Shown here: positions 24,376 through 37,709 of the stretch, in pieces | Layout of the letters: every line of letters starts with the position of its first letter | Numbering within the stretch: the stretch's first letter is position 1 | NCBI GenBank assembly: GCA_028023455.1 | Contig: JAQFVV010000001.1 | Location: 2,480,001-2,544,000 of the forward strand | Origin: Epiperipatus broadwayi | Taxonomy: Eukaryota > Animalia > Onychophora | Direction of reading: 5' to 3' | Length of the DNA: 64,000 nt | The notes under the pieces: model-generated | Databases searched by the model: none | What the model was told of the DNA's origin: nothing | The model's input: the letters and a program-made list of their open reading frames with translations, nothing else | Position numbers and translations under genes: made by a program

Positions 24376-25514
24376 ACATTTTCCAGTATGTATATTTGTT
24401 TTCATACTGTTCTGGTATATTAGGTATAGTCTTATATTGGTATATGATTGAATTAATGTATAGTCCAGGTGGGGGACACTTGTCTGTTGGCGTAATTTGG
24501 ATCAGGTGTTTATGTTTTGGGAATTGTCTTATTATAGTGATTATGAGGTTGCTCATCTTTTGTATGAGGGATGTGTCAATATTGTGCATACCCAGACCAT
24601 TTTTATGAGGGGTTGTTTAAGTTTTTTTGCTGATATGGCAACTGTTTTTTTGGACTAGATGAGTTGATTACAGATGGTTTTAATTTTTGATTTGAAATTT
24701 TTGAATAATTTATTATTGACAGGTAATTGACTATTTTTGTAATTATAAGTTGGTTTATTAGTTGCACTTTTGAATATATATAGAGATACATTTTTGATAA
24801 GGAGTTGGCAATTTATTGTGCTTTGTCTGTTAATTTGTTTTGTATATTTTATCTTTTCCTAGTGATCCTCAAATGGAAAGGAAATCTTAGAAATGGGGTC
24901 AGTTTTGATTTGTATATTGGTGAGCACAGTTTACCAATGAACAGTGACCAAGCAAAAGTCTTAACAGTGTTAAATTTTAGTTTATATTGATTCATGTATT
25001 TTTGTAAAAAAATTTGTAATTGAGGTATTTGCTTTTTTGAGGATAGGAAGACCGTGACATCATCCATATATGCTATACATGTTATGCATTGTGTTGTGCT
25101 GAGTATTTGTATTCCATTAAATGCTCTTTTTATTTTCTTTATTAGGGGGTTAATGTAAAATATGAATAGAAATGGGTTGGGGGGGGATCCCTAGGATATA
25201 GATTGGGTGGGGTGAATGATGGCAAATTTCTTCCATTGAGTGTTATGTGTATCTCTCTATTTAAAAGCAGGTTTGCTGTTACATATAGTTGTGTTTTGGG
25301 AATGTTAGTTTTTGCCAGAATTTTCGAGCAGAATTTGGATGTCTGTGTCATCAAAAGCTGCTTCTTATCAAGTTGAACTGCTATTGGAGCATATTTCTTT
25401 CTTTCTCTTATTGAAGTCATAATTGCTTTGAATAGCAAAGCTGCCTGAGCAGTTGAGGAGTTTCTTTTTGCAAATTGAGCTCTTGATATCAATGGAATTA
25501 TATATGGTTCTGCT

Positions 25515-25528
25515 TGTTGTTGTTGTTG

Positions 25529-25572
<44 letters not shown>

Positions 25573-25594
25573 GTTGTTATTATTATTATTATTA

Positions 25595-25653
<59 letters not shown>

Positions 25654-25692
25654 GTTGTTGTTGTTGTTGTTGTTATTGTTGTTATTATTTGT
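25515..25692. repeat. Long compound (TTA/TTG)n microsatellite
   Basis: About 60 triplets. It generates the spurious poly-I/V and poly-L ORFs. Confidence 0.97.
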
Positions 25693-27719
25693 ATTAATAA
25701 ATTTTTGTTTTGTTAATTAAATTATTTTTCCATGATTGTTAGCAATTACATTTTCATACTATACATTAATATGAGCTTTGAGAGTCTCTGTATTTTTTTT
25801 ATTGTTTATATATTTTAATATTAGCTAACCAAAATATTAAATAAGCATTTCATATGTTTATTTTAATATCACATATTTGGCAATCGAAGTGGAGTCTGAA
25901 TAAGACTTTTTTTTATCAAAGATAAATACTATTACATTTGATTGCTTTTAAAAATGAGGCTTCATTGATTATATATTTTTTAATTTAATTTTTTTTCTAT
26001 TACAATATATATATAATTCTGAAAATTAGTAAGAGTGAAATGAGTTATGTAACAGTAGCGGATGAAAATGCTCTACTAAGATGAAATCTGCAAAAAATTG
26101 AGACGATGAAATTTTACAAATTATTCATGGATATCTGTATGTGCATGTGTTTGCATGGAGACTTAACAAAATTAAATATGTAATGTATGAATCAAAAGAA
26201 TGACCATTGGATTTTATTTGCAATAATTACAGTTAGTTTTTTTTTTTAGGGAAAAAAGTCTTAATGTGAGAATTTTAAACCAGTGAGTTTAACTTCATAA
26301 TCATGTAAGCTATTATTAATCATTTTGAATTATTTACATTAAATCAGACAGCACATTATATTTAGAAAGGTAGAAGAATGATCAAACTTTTAATGTGTGT
26401 AGACAGCATATGATGTTCAAGCACCCAAGTGGTGAACTCATTTAAGAATGATTTAGTGAATAGTAGAATGGCAGGTTCTGAAGTTTTAAGTCCGTCACTT
26501 TCAATACTCAAACTTTTTATGAATTCTCAAGAAATCTAAATAATTCTGAAGAAGATTGAAAAGTTAGATGAAAAGTGAAGCAAAATATTTGGGCTAAAAA
26601 AGTTATTAAAAACAGACTAAAATCTTATTAAATATATATTACATTATTAAATGACTAAATAACGATCTCAACAAAATTATTGAACTGCTTTCTACAAGTT
26701 CTGGAAGAAATACGCAGATCAATTCATTCTCATTCTAAAGATTAAGATCTGATCAATTATCTTCAATTGATGTTAGAATGAGAGAAGCAACAAAATCAGT
26801 TTAAGATTCAGAACAATTTTAAAATATTGCAGAAGTTAACAATAGTTGCCAATCAAAGCAATCTTAATTTCAATCATGAAAACATTTTTGAGGAATGAAG
26901 TAATGTAAAATAAAATATTAAACAGGATTTAGCTAAATCAGAATTTGTAATTAATGTTTTCAAACTTACTAAATCTAAAATAACAATTGCATTAATTTTG
27001 CAGTATTTTTTTCCTGATCTGCATATATTTGTGTTGTTTTTTTTTTACAAGTTTTTTTTTTTTTGCATATTTTATGGTTTATATTATCATAGGAAAAATA
27101 TTGAATTATTTAGTAAATAATATTAATAACATTTTTTCGAAAGTAGGACAAGGTAATATCATATTAAAGCCAATGAATCATTATTAATTAATTTATAATA
27201 AAGAGCAATGCCATATTTACTGTGTTTTACTCTTTTCATGATCACATATTAAAAATATGTGAATTCAAATAATAAAATGAAAATAGCAATACAAATAAGA
27301 CAGAATAATAAGAGAAAGTCTTTAGAAATGATTTTGAACCAAGCAGGACCAATTGCTATGACCATTCTACATGTTTTTGTCATTGCAGTTTTAATTCCTA
27401 TGTGATTATTCATACGGTAAATAAATATGGATCTCCTATTCACAACATGCATTATCCTAGACTTTTAAGACCAAGAAACCTGGTCTTTTTTCTCAGTTAC
27501 CCAATAGTTCTTAATGGAAACAAAAACAGTTGAGTTTTCTTGAAGAAATGTATGAGTGGATATTTTTTTTTAGATATTTATAATTATGACAGTTAATATT
27601 AAATTTGGCCTTTATTCTCAGCAAGCTATAGTCATCAGCCAAGGCAGCCATTAGTGAGTGAATGCAGATGATGCTATGAATCTTCTCATTGTAGCCTCAG
27701 GCTGCCAATTCAATGATGA

Positions 27720-30315
27720 TCTTTTATTTAGCTATCTCAACTGATCACTTTCAAGTGAAGGAAGATTACATGAATTGAAATAAGAACTAGTTAATATTAA
27801 ATGTATGAAGTTAGGAAAAAAATATTAAGAACTAATTGATTTGAGAAATGAACACTATAAAAGCATAAATATTGAAAGCATAAATGGAAAGGGATTCATT
27901 ATAAATAAAAAGTAAAAGAATAACATTGCAGAGATTGGTCGTATTTCAGATAAAGTTGCAAAATTAGTGCTTCAACTTGATGGAAAATATTAAATGCAAG
28001 TCATTCAGGTTTATGTCCAACAAGTTCTCATTGTGATGGACAAGTAGAAGATTTTTATATAAATGTATAAAATGCTTTTGATCACATTAAACATTTTAAA
28101 ATTGTCATGGGGAACTTTAATGCTAAACTTGGAAAACAATTAAAGATAAAAGTATTGTGGGAAAATTTAGTTGTGGTGACAGAAACAAGAGAGAACACAG
28201 ATTTGTGGAATTTATAGAAAATGAAAAATTATATTTCTTTGAGAAAAATACTAAATGGAAATGGATTGATAGCATCCAAATAAAGGTACAGCAAAATTGG
28301 ATTATATTTTGACCAACAGAATATATGTATTTCAAGATTGTAATATTCTTAATGGATTCAACACAGGAAGTGATTACTGACTGGTGACATTTAAAATATG
28401 TATTATTAAATATTAAAGTGGCAAAACCTTATAAAAATATAATATTAACAATTGATATTTTTAATCTTCAGAAGCATTCCAATGAAAGTAAATTAAAATT
28501 TCCAATCATTTTAAAATATTGATAGACTTTGAAGACGATTCAAACTTAATTAAGATGAATAAAAAATAATTTATATTCTATCAATTTCTGCAACAAAGAT
28601 AGCTAATATCAAAAAGCAGTAATTCACCAGTAACTTTTCAGCTGAGACAAAAGAATATATGAAGAAAAGAAGAAATATGAAATTATTTTTAAATGATCCT
28701 TTAAGAAAAATTGAATATCTGCATATGAAAAAGAATTAATAATTATATAAGAAAATATAATTGTGAATTGATCAAGAAAATTAAAGAACATAAAAGTTTT
28801 AAAAATATAAAACTACATATCTTGAAAGTAAAATTGTTTAAATAATAATAAGAGATTGAACTATTATTAAAAAAAAGGGGTCATGATGAAATTTGTGGAA
28901 AAGTTCTACACAGAATTAACATAGTAAAAAAAAATTACAATTACTACATTTACTGATTTGCCAAGCATTTTAAGGCAGAAGTGAAAAAGCATTTATGTAA
29001 ATGAAGGAGAAAACTCCAGAAAGTAATGAAATTATTATTGATATATTTAAAAAAGTATATGAAGAAATAGAAGAATTGTTGACAAAACTATATAGCAAAT
29101 GTCTGGGAGAATGCAATAGTATGATAAAGAGGATATTGGAAATTATAGATCTGTCATTTATCAGTTTTATACAAAATCTTTATCAAGATAATTACAACTT
29201 ATCTACATGTAAATTTGGATTTAACCAGAGAAAAACAAGCTGGGTTCAAAAGAGATTCTAGCACAGATAACATCCAGGTTGTGAGAGAAATTATAGAAAG
29301 GACTAATGAATATGAATTGCCATTATGCTTTCAGATTAGAGATATAAAAATGTATCTGATTCTTTAAGCATTTTGCATGGTTATTAAACCATTGAATCAT
29401 CAAGATCATTATCATATTTAAAGAATATTTATTAAACTGCAATAGCAGTGATTAGATTACATGATTATACTAATAATATTGAGAAGGATGTATGCTAAAA
29501 TGATTTCATATTTTCAAAACTTTTTACAGCAGTTTTGCAAGGAACATTTTGTGAATTAAAATGGGAAGCTAATGGAATAAAAGTGAATGGAGATTATTTA
29601 AGTCATCTAGATTTTGCACATGATGTGATTGTTTTGAAAATAATGCTTTAGAGCTTCAGGAAATATTGATAGAATTATTACATGAAAGTAAAAAAGTAGA
29701 ACTAAAAAACATAGGTATTAAAAAAACTAAAATAATGTTCAATGAATTTTTTCAGAAATAAAAGAGTAAAGATTATTAATCATGAATTAGATAAATTTAA
29801 CAATTACAAATACCTTGAGATCAAGTTATTAATGCAAATGGGAACATAATTATTGAAATTAATCACAAAATTAATTTTTTATGGCAGCTTTTGATAGAAA
29901 AGGAAATATGCCTCTTTGTTTGAGAAAGGATTTTCATAGATGCATTTTATCATTTTTTACTTATAGATTTGAGATTTGACAGAAGTGCAATACAAAGATT
30001 TTAGACCATTCAACAAAGTATGAGAGATGCATATCAGAAATGAGATCAAACATACATCACTGACATCATTTAAAGAATCAAGAGACTGAAATGGAGTTGG
30101 AATGGATAATTGCTAGAGAAGATGGTAATAGATTAACAGTTGAAGTCTTGAACTGAATTCTAAAAGCTCGTAAAAGATGTAGAAAGCAACTACATATGAA
30201 ATGCATGTGTGAAATAAGGAAGACTGTTAGTGTGTGAGAAGAAAGGTTATATATCAGAGAAGCTGAATTAAGCTTGGAGAGATCTTCATTATGCAGTAAA
30301 TTGCTAATTGATTAG
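27720..30315 (+). mobile_element. Near full-length but degenerate RTE-clade LINE (APE endonuclease + RT)
   Basis: LSSEGRLHELK, KGFIINKK..ISDKVAKL, VIQVY, IVMGNFNAKLGK, GIKVNGDYLSHLDFAHDVIV and a C-terminal LKWSW segment, with many stops and frameshifts. Confidence 0.92.
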
Positions 30316-30799
30316 AATAATTTTAAAAATAATTAATATGAGAAAAAGTGTGATTAGAATTTTTAAAAATAATAAAAATAAACTAAGGGGATATGAGAAT
30401 AATTAGGATGTCATTTTAATAACTGAACCAAAATAAATAAATGATTGGGTTTCAAATATTGATATATATTAGAAAACATCAAAACTGAAAATGAAAAGAT
30501 GAATCAAAGCATTTATTAGGTTTTGTTAGAAAATAACAAGTTATAAATATACACTTTAAATAAGCATTTATTTTTATTTAGCGCTATGTTTACATTTGTA
30601 TTATATTTAAATATCAGCCTTTCAAGCTAATTGTGCATGTGCTTTTCACGAGTGTTAATAATAAATGAATACTTCCATTCCCAATACAAGATATAGTATT
30701 TATGAAAGAATAAAATGAATCCACTTATTCTTTCAACTCAAATGCTTATATATGAGCAAATCTTAAGTACTGGCAATGAAAATCAAAATTGTGCAAACT

Positions 30800-32330
30800 A
30801 TTGTATTTTATTGCATATTGATATGGAAATCAGACACTGCATAAAAAAGGGATCGATGCTTTAAAGCTCTCTTTGCTGCAGAAGACTTGAGAATACTATG
30901 AGCAGTAAGAAAAATGAACAAGTGAATATTTAAACAGATTAGATTTGAACTATTGTTTGGGTTGTTATATGTATAAAAAAAAAAGAATTCATTAGAATGA
31001 TATATAATGCTCAAAAAAATTTGCAAAAGAATAGAAAAACCAAGTCCATTATCATATCATAATAATAAATATATTATTAATAAAAATCATCTAATGCCTC
31101 ATTATTCTATAGGATATATGACATTTGCACATTAGAAGTGACAGAGCTGAGCTGTAATCCATGGACTTTTAACTATTTAATGTTCCAATCTATCATTGCA
31201 CCAAAAAATCATGCAGGACAAATTAATAAACCCAATAAAAAAATTAACATCATTATTGAAAACATATCTCTCATTATACATCAAATTATCACTTATCAAC
31301 ATGCTAATCATCTCAAAAATTACTTTTACATTCTAGTAATTATTTTCTCAAGAATCATTCACCACAAAAGTTTACACATTATGTAGAAAACTTCTGTAGG
31401 ACCAAAAACTGTTCCCATTTTAATCATTTTAATCAGAGAATTACAAATGGATTAGGTTTACACTCAATACACATATTTAGAATATAAAAAACAAATAATC
31501 TCTTACCAACTATGAAGAAAATTCTACTTCAAATTGAAACAGTAATTACTATAACACCAACAGACAAATCATCCTCATATTCAAAACATTGGGAAATAAT
31601 CCTTGAGCCTGTTACATTCACAAGCCATTGAATTCTAGCAGGGAAAATGCATCTATTGGAAAACCTTACTACATCATACCCAAATATAAGTGAAACAATC
31701 ATCTCCTTAGCGTAATAATGAGCAATTCATGTGAAAGTTCAAGCACTGGACATTTGAACCCAAATGCTCAACTGCCAACATTACATTTCCTCAAATGTAA
31801 AAGGTATTACAACAATTGATGCTATATATGGTCTATGCTGCAGGGAAGAGGAGGATCAAAACCATTTCCTATTTCAATGCAATTGTCTTAAATCTGCTAT
31901 AACTTATATAATTACAATGTATACAAAAAAAAAAGAACAGCACCATTCATCCACATATACAATCATTCCCAAATACAAACTTTACAGAAATCTGCACTAC
32001 TACATTTATACTCTATGCACTATCATGTACTAGATACATATTTCTCTATAATAGTAATAATAGAAGGCATCGAAACATTTTCAAAAATAAACTTGAATTA
32101 ATCAAAATAAGAGACAAAAAAAATCTTCACCTAGTATATACGCAACATCTTGATCTCATACAGCAGATTTTCAATCTATTATGAATTATGCTTATTTTAT
32201 TTTTATCATTGTCATTAAATCATTCCGGAGGTGTTGTTTTTTTAACTTATGTATAATGTAATCTCAATTATTCCTCTTGTGTAACTGTTTATCTGTAATT
32301 TTTTTTGCCTGAATAAATACCCTTTGAAGT
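30800..32330 (+). mobile_element. L1/Tx1-clade LINE 3' portion, degenerate
   Basis: Zinc knuckle GLCCREEEDQNHFLFQC in ORF 31764-32033. AATAAA near 32312. Confidence 0.7.
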
Positions 32331-34180
32331 GTAATTTTTCAGTTTACATATAATATGATCTCAATTATCCCAATACATTTAATTGCTAAATATAATATTC
32401 CTACTTAATGCACTCTTTTCCTTTTTTTAAATCATTTCTTTAAATGATCTAATTGTAAAGTAATTTGTATTATATGTGTAGTTAATTTATTGATTAGCAA
32501 TAGTCAAAGATATTTTTAAAAAGTAACAATAAATTCGTTACCGTTGGAATTTTGAAGCATTAATATATTGGTCAGGTTAAATTTCGAAATGTTGATATAT
32601 TTTTTAATTTTTAAACTGCAAATATTTGAGATTTTTAATACTTTTTACAAATTAAAACAATTAGGACCTATGCTAAGAATGGATAAAATGTGGTAGTTGC
32701 ATTTTGTTAATGACATTTTAAAATCTACTGAATGGAATATTGAGATTGTTGGAGTTTTTTTTTAATGCTAATTAATTACTATATATTCATTTTGTTAACC
32801 TTTTTTTTTTAAAGTTGTCTTTAAAATGACTTTGACAGTCATTCTAAGAGCTTTGTCTTGGAAGATGTCAGAAGATGGGATATTATATATGTGTCTACAT
32901 TCTTCAAAAGATTTACCTCCAAAAGTTTACTTGCGTTTAAATATTTTTAAATGACATTTTTCTTTTATGTTAAAGAAGACATGATTTATCAATTATAACA
33001 TTATTTGATTTATGTAAATTAAACTGCTTTAAGTTTGAAACGCTCTTTTTAGCAAAAAGGTGAATAATATTTTGAGTTTGTTGTTGTTTTATATAAATAA
33101 AAAATAATAGTATTTTAGTTTAAGTAGAGGAAATTGATTTGCATTATTAAGATTAATTATGAGATAACTTTTGTGAGAAAGTTTTGTTTAGTTTGGAAGC
33201 TCTCTTATCAGTTTAACTAGCTTCAGATAAAACTGATTACAAGCCTAAACATTGTGTGAATAAATTTAATTACAGAAGATATGATTACCAGCTAGTATTT
33301 TGATATGCAAAAGATTTATTATTCATACATTGTTCTAATTTAAATTTTTATTAGTCTATTTTTAAATAACATAGTTTGTTTATTATATATACTAAATGAA
33401 AGCAGAAAACACATAATCTCATACTTTTAATCTCTATTTAACAGTTCATTAGCTACAACTACTCTTATTAAAATCAAGTAAGTATAATTAATCAATGAAT
33501 ATTACTTAGCAGCGATAAACAAATCTTCAAATTAGATTTTAGCTATTGGGATTCTTCACTAAGAAGCCATATTTTGCACCGGGCCTTTTCAGCAGTGACT
33601 TTATTCATACCATGTAATTCATGCTTATAAATAAGGTTGCTGAAATTTGAAGTTACTGGTTATATATAGCTAGATATGCAAGCTTCCACAGATCTTAGGA
33701 TTCACCTGAATAGTATTATATGAGTGAAAGATGATTGTTTAGTGAGTGTGTGACAAAATAGAGCTTCTTATTAATGATGCCACACATCTCTTTATCAATT
33801 ATATGTATTGATTATTCTTGCTTATGGGTCGGGAATAAAGTGGTGTGTGGTTGAAAATTATTATCTATACAGTATAATATTTTATAAAAAAGATATTTAT
33901 CAAATAATAATTTTTAACAAAATACAATAATATTTAATAAATTTTATGTTTAAAAATTTTAAATTTTAAATAAGTATGTATGTTTTTACATTAATTTTAG
34001 ACACTGCAATAGATGACTTCCATCGGTTCTTTCTCTCTCTTTTTGCATTTTAATCAGTAAAGTCTCTTTTACCAAAATCACACTTTTCTTTATTTTGCTG
34101 TAATATCCTATAAATTCAATTTATCCAAACCACTTCAAACACTTTTTAGCAAAACTATTTATTTATACATATATACATAC

Positions 34181-34220
34181 ACCTTATGTTTCAATTGTCC
34201 TGCAGTCTTCTTCAGAGTTA
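34181..34220 (-). ncRNA. Hammerhead motif F5, left copy
   Basis: Minus: TAACT-CTGAAGA-A-GACTG(CAGGA)CAATT-GAAA-CA-TA-AGGT. Confidence 0.72.
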
Positions 34221-34265
34221 TAGCCTTACTAACCACCATTTTTAATTGTAAAATTTAGTATCGCC

Positions 34266-34306
34266 ATAACTCTGATGAAGACTGCAGAACAATTGAAATG
34301 TAAGGT
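34266..34306 (+). ncRNA. Hammerhead motif F5, right copy
   Basis: TAACT-CTGATGA-A-GACTG(CAGAA)CAATT-GAAA-TG-TA-AGGT. The CA and TG of the two copies point to an ancestral CG stem III loop. Confidence 0.72.
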
Positions 34307-36057
34307 CTATGTATATATGTACAAACTAAAAAATGTTTGAAGTGGTTTGGATAAAGTCTCTTTTGATTTATATAACAATACAGATGCAAAAATGTTTATC
34401 TGGCATTTGGGATTTGTGAGACTTGGTGTATTAAAAAAAATTCAATAACACAGTTTTTAGCCTTTGTCTGTCTGTTCTTATAATATTCCTTACTTTTAAA
34501 GCACTACATGATTCTAAAAATGTAAACAAATTTAAAAATTAAATAATAACTGATAATATAAAGTGGGCATATGGTTGTTTATTCTGCTTATTTATTTTCA
34601 TTTAATAATAATAATAATAATAATAAATGTTTATTAGTTCCACTCTCTTTTCATCCATCATTTTTTTGGGAAAAAATATTAAAATGTTGCAAACTTCATG
34701 ATATCTGAATTAAAGGTTTTCTCTCATAAATTTTCTTTTTAAAAAAAGTTTGTTATATGCTGATGCAAATTAAATTTTGCTAGAAAAAACTAAAACTGAT
34801 TCATTAATGGAATAGAATCATAACAATAATGTCAACTTGGCTTATTAATTTATAGATATTTATTTAAATGTGCTTCATTAATTTTATTTTCATATATGTA
34901 TATATTATTTTACTGCATTTCCCTGAAAATAAAATCTATCCAGAAAATAAGCCTTAGCATTATTTTTTAAGATGCTTATAATATAAGCCCTATAGCAAAT
35001 GTACACCCTAGTTAAGATCATTAGCTCATTGAAACACATGATGGACATATTGAATTATAAAGTAATAAATATATAAGTAAACAATATTATTAACATTAAT
35101 GCTTTAAATAAATAGTAATATAAATTATATGGTTCTTTTGTATTTTCTTATTAATCATTTTCGACAAACGTAATTTTACCTGTATATAGAAATAGTTTAT
35201 CACAAGTCAGTATATCAGACAATTTATAATTTCATATATATATTTTTAGGTACTTATTTTGTTTATATTTAATACTTATATTTAGAATGCTTGATTTAAT
35301 TTTAGAGTTTTATCACAGTAGCTTTTAAATATTCAAGATAAAAGAAAAATTAGTTTGATTTTTTAAACATTTTTTTCCCCTAAAATATTATTAAAATAAT
35401 GGAAATGATTTTAATAACAAAGTTTAGCCTAAGTTAAATCATCAATCTTTCTTCTAAAGAAAAGTTTTTAAAATGAATACCCGAGGAGGATTATTACAAG
35501 TAATTTGGAAACTGTTTACAGTGATTATGTCATAAATGAATTGTTGTAATTCAGTATGCCCATATATTGTAATAGACATGCTTAATGTGTATGTGTAAAA
35601 TACAGAAACATTTTTGTGAATTTTTATGGTTGCATTTTTTTTGTTGCTTTTGGTGGACAAATCATTCTTAATTGTAACCATTTTTGTTACCATTCCTGTC
35701 TCACAAGTCATTAATTAAAACTTGATTTAATGGTGAATTTAAATGGAATAATATTTTGATCACCAGGTAAAATGAGTGCAAAAAGAAAGAGCTATTCTGG
35801 TGAGTATAAAAAAGAAATTGTAGGAGGATTCCTGGGGTAAGAATCTTATACAGCTTTCTGTAAAGAAAAAAGCATTTGAATAAATGTTCATTTTTGTACT
35901 TGAATAAATATAGATTTTTGTACCTGAAAAAACAATGCATCTCCTGAAAATAAGCCATATGGTATCTTTTGGAACAAAAATTAATATAAGACTCAGTCTT
36001 ATATTTAGGAGGGTCATGGTAATTTATAATTTAATTTAGCAAAACATTTTTAGTATC

Positions 36058-36268
36058 TGCACTGAAAAAGTTTTGGTATTTTTTTGTATGAAATAATTAC
36101 TTCTTCTTAGATCATGCATACATAATTATTCCTCAGTATTAATAGGGCAGCACACCTAGCCAATCAGTGAGAGCTATGATGCTGTGAATTATTCCAAAAG
36201 TGAACTCAACTTTATCTAAGAAGAAGTAACTATTTAATATGAAAACATTTTTTAAATCTTTTCAGGCA
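36058..36268. repeat. Degenerate fold-back / MITE-like element
   Basis: TTACTTCTTCTTAGAT / ATCTAAGAAGAAGTAA and TGCACTGAAAAAG / CTTTTCAGGCA inverted pairs. Confidence 0.55.
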
Positions 36269-37039
36269 TGGACATTAAAAATATTTTGCTAAATAAAATT
36301 ATAAATACAAAAAAAAGTCAAAAATTATATAGTAATTTATGTAATTAGTTGCATTAATTTTTTAATGTATTTATGACTAAATAAATAATATTACTTAAGT
36401 AAATCATAATTCACTAAAGCAATAAAATCAGGCAGTTAGGAACATTTTAAAGAGCATCTTTATAATTTTGTCCAGATGATTGAAATTGTCAAATTGTAAG
36501 GAAATAAATTAATATTATTCTAACTGCACTGAAAAAAATAATTTTTTATTTAATTTATATGGATTATTTTTTAATAAACTACAATATATATTTTTTAATT
36601 TATATATTTACACATTACTATTTTATCAAGAACTTTTTAAAAGATTATATTTCTCTATTCCCTATTAATTTCATTCAGATGACCTGAAGTTTATATGAGC
36701 CATTATAAAGAAGTTTATACATTTGATAATTTATTCTTTAAAAATTTGTTGTTGTTATTATTAACATAAATAATTGCTTTTCTAGGAATAATTGAAAATT
36801 TTAAGAAATATATATATATATTTATGTCTGAAGCTTTTTTAATAAAACTATTTTTCAATAATATGAAGTATTATAAAGATTATATTTTCTAAAGCTTAAC
36901 TGAAATAAAACTAAATGACAAATAAAGTACAGACTGTATGGGATTAAAAGTTATTTATTTTTAGTAACAGTTAGGCTAAAAATTCAGTTTTGATTTATGT
37001 TATAAATATTTTTTTTTTTACAGAACAATTATAAATATT

Positions 37040-37125
37040 ATTATTTATATAGCGCAATGTTTTTATAAATTATAATAATAACGTAGCTTACACCATGGCA
37101 CATGCGCTTTACAGATGGAATGCTA
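37040..37125 (-). repeat. Possible L2/CR1-type 3'-terminal remnant
   Basis: Minus: TGTAAAGCGCATGTG...GCGCTATATAAAT resembles the L2-type 3' tail as recalled from known families. No coding remnant is adjacent. Confidence 0.35.
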
Positions 37126-37515
37126 TTTATAATGAATACTTTCCTTTTCAAACACAAGATAAAGTTACAAAAATACTAATTTTTATCAAAGGCTAAAAAT
37201 TTATAATTTATTAAAATTCTATTATCTAATTTTTTAAAAAAATCTTATTGAAAATTCATCATTAATTTTTATGTATATGCTTTACAATTGTTATGATAAA
37301 GTATTTTGGAATTCATTCAGATTAAAAATTTCACTAATATTAATTAAAATTCTTTTAATATTGACATTAAGTAGAAAGTTTTGAAAACATGATGTATGAA
37401 TTACAATAAGCTATAATTTTATCAATATAGATAAAAACGATTTAAAATCTTTTTTAAAAAATTGTTGCTTATTAATAATTTAAACTTTAAAATTAAACAT
37501 AACTCATTGCATATG

Positions 37516-37709
37516 TAAACAAAAGGAATAAATTACTCTTTCCCAGGCTATGGCTTAAAAACACTCTAAATGTTGAACTAAGAATCAAGAAAAAATGAAT
37601 CTACTTATTTTTGGTAAAAAAATGGATCCACCTATTCTTGATTCTTTGTTCAATATTTAGAGTGTTTTTAAATCATATGCTGGGGGAGAGTGATTACTCC
37701 CTTTGTTTA
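37516..37709. repeat. 194-bp fold-back / MITE-like element
   Basis: TTAAAAACACTCTAAAT.TTGAAC.AAGAATCAAGAA pairs with TTCTTGATTCTT.GTTCAA.ATTTAGAGTGTTTTTAA. The outer ends also pair. Confidence 0.75.

Larger units (their letters stand above)
23650..25515 (-). mobile_element. L1/Tx1-clade non-LTR retrotransposon, 5'-truncated, degenerate
   Basis: Minus frames: LISRAQFAKRNSSTAQ, AVQLD, YMDDVTVFLSSKKQI (RT active-site motif) and a C-terminal zinc knuckle DPLCVLS..EETLQHFIYQC. Confidence 0.88.
34071..34351. mobile_element. 281-bp fold-back insert with two divergent hammerhead motifs (family F5)
   Basis: Arms TTATCCAAACCACTTCAAAC / GTTTGAAGTGGTTTGGATAA. Flanked by the perfect direct repeat TAAAGTCTCTTTT (34058-34070 and 34352-34364). 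Confidence 0.78.

Noticed and set aside
25453-25720. Poly-Ile/Val and poly-Leu ORFs
   Set aside because: They are translations of the (TTA/TTG)n microsatellite.
27620-27715. HDV-like ribozyme at the RTE 5' end (GGCAGCC/GGCTGCC pairing) and an antisense CTGATGA
   Set aside because: No nested double-pseudoknot elements (P1.1, L3, catalytic C) could be placed, and no stem II/GAAA follows the CTGATGA.
26600-33850. Exon-like GC-richer patches at about 26650-26745, 27250-27450, 32840-32925 and 33540-33615
   Set aside because: Two or three frames or strands are open in each, and none gave an identifiable product. Left uncalled pending RNA-seq.
36200-36260. Possible HHR relic in the 36058-36268 fold-back (CTAAGAAGAAG...GAAA)
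   Set aside because: The core needs an indel and the stems do not pair convincingly.
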